The notes beneath the pieces are model-generated. The model did no database searches, was not told the origin of the DNA, and was given only the letters and a program-made list of their open reading frames with translations. A program made the translations under genes and the position numbers. A stretch of DNA of 64,000 bases from Camelus ferus (lineage: Eukaryota), in contig NC_045702.1 in assembly GCF_009834535.1 (NCBI RefSeq), forward strand, positions 1,612,001 to 1,676,000, given 5' to 3'. The first letter of the stretch is position 1. Every line of letters starts with the position of its first letter. Of this stretch, positions 59,300-64,000 are shown piece by piece.

Positions 59300-62200
59300 T
59301 TCTTCTAAGCACCAGCCATCGTGTAGTTGAATTTAGAACCTGAGTCTCAAGATCATAGACAAGTTAACTGAAGAAGAGGAAGAGAAAGGATGAGAATCTG
59401 TGGAGATTGTATCCAGCACTGAAAGACTTGAAGAAAAGCACTAGAGGGAAGGAGCTGAACGTGTTCCTGGAGCGGGAGGGAGCCCGAGCCCTGCGTCCGG
59501 TTGAGACCACCAGTCCCTGGCGCTCACATCACCGTGGCAGGAGTCAGGTGACGTCCCCAGAGCTCCCTGCCCCCTCCCGCCCCAGCACTTGAGCCTCTCA
59601 GGAATAATGGCTTCATTTTGCCCTCTTCCCCTTTCGACAGCCAGCTGAGGAGCCCAGAATACCCAGGTCTTTGCATCGTGGGCTCTCTGTTCCCTGTGTC
59701 CCAATTCTGGCCCAGTTTCCCACTGAAGAACCTTGGTTCTCCCAGCACCCCTGGCTCTTCTGGAACCACCACCACCCCACCCCACCCCCGCCCACCTTGG
59801 GTAGGAGCTCTGTTTTCCCTCATCCCTTTCTACTCCTCCTGGAGTTTGGGTGGGGTCCTCTTGTTCTCTTTCAGGCACATTGAATCTCCTGTCTTTAGAC
59901 CTTGACCTGATGGATTTCTTATCCCCTTTCCAGTTCCTGTCCCCTCCAGGCTCTTCCTGCTCCTTCGTGGGGGATGTGGTTTTACGTCCGCATTTGTGAT
60001 CATCCTCTCTGCTGCAACACCTGTCGAAGTTCTCAGTGGTTTCAGGGTCCCTGTGGTGACCTGGCAGTCTGGGGAGCTCGCTGACCTCTCCTGGTGATCT
60101 CCCCCAGCTGTTACTGCTGGGGCTGTAGCTCAGGCCTCATCATTAGCAGCAACTTGAGTTCTGCATAATCTCAGATCAGTCATCCCCCTCTCCATCTCTG
60201 ATTTTTCCCGCTCACTCCCCGCAGCTCTTCAGTATTGAGACTTAACGTGCCATTTGTTTATCCTAATAACTTTTCACTGCCTTTCCTCTTGCATTTCCTT
60301 CATACTCTTGCTTCGTCACACTTTAAATTCCTGGGCCGGTGTTACCGTCTGTCCCTTGCGCGCACTCCCGGTCCCTTTCCCTCTCACCGTACTGCCCTCG
60401 TGCCTGGCCACGCTCACCCAGCCTTGCTTGTATCCAACCCTGGGCGTCCCCTGCACTCACCTCTGTCCAGCCACCTGACCATGACTGCCCGGCCTCGCTT
60501 GACATGTGTGACCTACATTCTCCTGGATGTCTGTTAGAGCTCCTCTTTTCTCGAACCTTCTTCACTGTCACTCTCAGCTGATAGCTTTGCTTCCTGTTTT
60601 CTTAAGAAAATAGAAGCAATTATGACAAAGATGTTCTCAAGCTTTTTCCTTTGTGTTGATTCACCTCCATGCAGCTGCCCCTGCTTGGGCTGCCTTTTCT
60701 CCTTAACCTCTGGCTGGACTGTCCCTGCTTCTGGTTGAGTTCCCCTCCCCTGCCACACTGGGTTCTGTCCCTTCTCACCAGTTCCACGACAGACCTTCAG
60801 CCATTCTACCATCTCTCATGGAGAATCACTTCTCACCTGCTGGATCCCTTCCGTCAGCTAGAGAAGTACAGTGAGTCTTCTCAACAGAATGAAAGTATGA
60901 AGGAAAGAGAGGAAGGAAGGCGGGGTCGACAAAAAACTAATCAGCTGATCTAAGAAAGAAATGGAAAGTTTTATTCCAACCAAATTGCGACTTATAACCT
61001 GGGAATAGCCTCTCGGGTAGCTCCGAGGACCACTCCTCCCATTAGAGGTCAAAGCACAGTTATATACATTTTTGAGACAGAGGGCTGTACGTTAAATGAG
61101 GTATTATTGACAGTTCATACATCCCAGACCTACGGAGTGAGTAGTGGTTAGTGGGTCATCGTGGCCCCTTACCAGGTTAGGAAGGAGGGTTATCTCCTGC
61201 GGAGCTGTCTTATTGGTGCCAAGAGGGTGTTGCTGTTTACAGCTGAGCAGGTGTTTCTGTCGATGGGGAGGTTTGGTCGGTGTGCAGCGTGGATGCACGG
61301 TGCCCGGTGAGGGGGGAGAGGAGGCCTGAGGACAGAGAGAACTTTCAGGTTAAAACTTTCCTTGACTTGCCTTAGATGACACATCTTCGTTTCATCCAAA
61401 GGAAGGAAAACGAGTCAGTCTGTCCTGACCACCTACCAGCTTGCTGCCTCATTGCTTCCTCCCTTTAGAGCAGAACCCACCAGGGTTGTACTCTCGCTGG
61501 TGTCCTTTCTGTGCTTCGCTTTGGCTTTGAGCTCGTCCTTGCCTCCGTGACTCTCCCGAGATACTGTCATCAGGTTGGCCGTGACCTCATAGTCCTCATC
61601 TACACTCCTTTCCCCTTGAGATATTTGTATTCCGCTTGGTTTTCAGTTCACTGCACTTCCTTTGTCCTTCTGCTTGGCGGGTTGCTCCTTCTCAGTCCGC
61701 TTGGCTGGCTTTTCTCCGTGCCCACTGCTTCTTCACACTGGCACGCCTCGTGCCTCCTCCGGTTCTGTCTTCTGGCTGCTCAGCTGTAGCCACCACCCAT
61801 GTACTGCCACCCTCCCGCCGTCTGCCGCGCTCCTGCTGGCGTGTCTAGTCAGCACCTAGAATGGATCTCGTCCCGAATCCACTCATCCTGCTGCTGTGTC
61901 AGGGGCCCCATCCCGCGTCCCTTTTGGCGGCAGACTCATTCTTCCAGTGCTCAGGCCGATGCCTTTGAGTCTCTTTCTCTTAATTCCTGTGTGGATTTCT
62001 TCAGCCAGGCTGCTGGCTTTAGCTCCTAGTATCTCCAGCATCTGACCATGCCTCCCCACTTGAGCTGTCACCACTCTGGTCTGAGTAACAGTCACCTCTT
62101 GGTTAGATTTTGTAGTTTCCTGTTGGCCTCCATGCATCTGTCTTTGGTCTTGAAAGTCAGAGAGAGCACTTGAACATGTGAGTCAGACCTGACTTGTTTG

Positions 62201-62620
62201 CTCAGTATCCTCCAGTGGCGTCCTGTTTCCACAAGAACAAAAGCCGGGGTCCTTCCAGAGGCTCCCCTCTGTGCCTCCTGCACGTCTGACTTCCTCCCCT
62301 GCAGGCTCCTTGCTGTTCTCCCCTCACGCGCCTGTCCTGCCTCTGCCTCCTGCCTTCAGGTCCTCACCCGCCGGTCCCCTCCTCGGCGGGTTGTCCCTGG
62401 GGCTGTGATTTAACACTGCAGGCCCACCTCACCCGGCACTTGCCCCCCTGGTTCCTGCTTTATTATTTCCACTCGCTGACATACTGTTTCACTTTTCATG
62501 TATTGCCCACCTTTCCACCTCGAACAGGAATGCTGCAGGGCAGGGATTGTTGCTTGTTTTCTTCCTGATCCTCTGACGTTGCTAGGCACATGGTGGGTTG
62601 GTAGTAAGCATTTGTTGCGT
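59300..62620 (-). mobile_element. Long L2 remnant in intron 9, interrupted by an LTR
   Basis: Pyrimidine-rich plus strand with L2 phrases CTCCTGGATGTC, TTGAACATGTGAGTCAGA and CCTCCAGTGGCGTCC. Confidence 0.65.
60925..61394. mobile_element. Probable solo LTR (ERV1-like)
   Basis: A ~470-bp block with different composition inside the L2 (GGAAAGTTTTATT...ATAACCTGGGAATAG...CACAGTTATATACATTTTTGAGACAGAGG), ending TTTCA. No clear TSD seen. Confidence 0.5.
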
Positions 62621-64000
62621 GTGTAAATGGTTGGATAAAAAACCATGCACAGTGGAGAGCTGTCGTTTTACCATCGACTGAAGAAGGAAGGAGTAAAATT
62701 TGGTGATAGGATCAAAGACAGTCGCGTGGAAAGAGTATTTAGGAAAGCCCAGCAGAGACCTCTGGAGTCGAGCCAGGGTTGAGGGGCTGGAGGGCTGTGT
62801 GTGCTGGGTGGTGGAGAAGCAGAAGTCTGGTGATTTCCCCTGTTGTTAAGCCATGAAGTATGAGCAATCACGAGCCACTTCTGCTCCAGGACCCCCGAAG
62901 ACTAGCCCAGCAGGAAGTCCCATTGCATTAATCGTGGTAGGAAATCTTTCGTGATTCCTCCCCAGGATTAAGATGCATATATCATTAGCGTGTTTAAATG
63001 TCTAGGTGGTGCAACAACATTAACTGAAATAATTAGCTTTCGTGTGTGTATAGCCTATGGCTGTACTGGGTAACTTTAGAAGTGCCATAATGAATAGGAA
63101 TTATTTTTTGTTGTTTAAGTTCAAAACCCTCACAGTTCTTTTAATGTAATTTATTTAAAAATATTACAGCCTTTGAACTTAATGATTCAATTCAGTTTTG
63201 GTGGGTCCTGTTTTCATCTTCACACAAGAAGTTAGTCTATCGCTTTTGGCAGCAGTTACTTCCCTGCTTCATTCTAATGTTTTTTAAAGCTTTTCTGTTG
63301 CAGTTTGTAGAATTCTTTATTCTTAAGAGCACGGAAGATGGACTTGTTTCATTTTTGCTGCGTGCCCGTTGCAACACCTTTGTATTCTGAAAGGTAAAGG
63401 ATTGAAGTAAACAACACATCCCACTTTTCCATGGAGCTTAGTGACCTGCCCGAAGCGTTCTGTCGCCATCAGTCCTTGAGTCTTGCTGTTTGTAACCAAG
63501 CTCAGATTGCCAGGCAGCCCTATGGTGATGCCACGTTTAGGGCGGCACCCTGCTGTGCTGGTCTTGGCGGGGTGGCATCCTGTTGGAGGGTTCCCGTCGT
63601 CCCGGGCAGGGCGATTAGCTGCGTGGTTGCTTTCGCGTAGTAACACCCTGAACAGCGTAACGGAGCTCGCGTTGGTTTTTATCTTACGTCCCCTGCGTTG
63701 CTTTCATCTTGACTTTGCCTAGGCATTTTCCCGTAGTCTAGCAACGGTTATTCTAAGAATACGATTTACTGTTGGTTATGTCACTAACGTGAGGCCGTCT
63801 CAGATTTGTCAGACTCTGGGCCACTTTGAGAAACGTTTGGGCTTGGACAGGCCAAAGGTGGAAGCAAGTGTCAGCTATCATCAAGAACATGCATAGCCAA
63901 GACGGTCGGCACTGCACGACCCTTTTCTTGGCAGCACTGTGACAGAAGAAGGTATTTAGTGATATCTTAACATCATGAGCTAGCAGAAAAGAATATGAAT

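Noticed and set aside
56814-64000. LMBR1 exon 10 and an intron-9 CTCF site
   Set aside because: No LSSSVEY-like exon and no convincing CTCF match were seen. Both probably lie beyond the window.
1-64000. CRISPR arrays, operons, rRNA or other prokaryotic systems
   Set aside because: The sequence is mammalian intronic DNA with no repeat-spacer arrays or rRNA signatures.

Overview
Mammalian (eukaryotic) DNA, most likely from a camelid: it carries two tRNA-derived Vic-1-type SINEs and camelid-style L1 3' ends. The window is the interior of LMBR1 on the + strand. Seven coding exons (exons 3-9 by human numbering; 40, 140, 104, 127, 69, 65 and 73 bp) have canonical GT-AG junctions and splice into one open frame, DEQEDEDAIVNRIS...EEEALQRRLNG. 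Intron 5 holds the ZRS, the long-range Sonic hedgehog limb enhancer (~30980-31780), and a probable pre-ZRS block (~30110-30210). A 180-N gap covers the centre of the ZRS. Most of the remainder is transposon debris: L1, L2, MIR, an ERVL pro-pol fragment, MLT1 LTRs, a nested Tigger1, MER2 and MER3. The best second-look items are: a candidate in-frame 9-nt microexon (GGTATTTCA, Gly-Ile-Ser) in intron 5; a ~350-bp L1 5'-end/3'-end fusion element with a target-site duplication (TSD); several CTCF-like motifs pointing toward SHH; and clustered substitutions in a ZRS polydactyly hotspot. Repeat family names and human/mouse comparisons come from recalled consensus sequences, not from database searches. 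There are no prokaryotic features, and the ORF track is mostly noise or transposon remnants.
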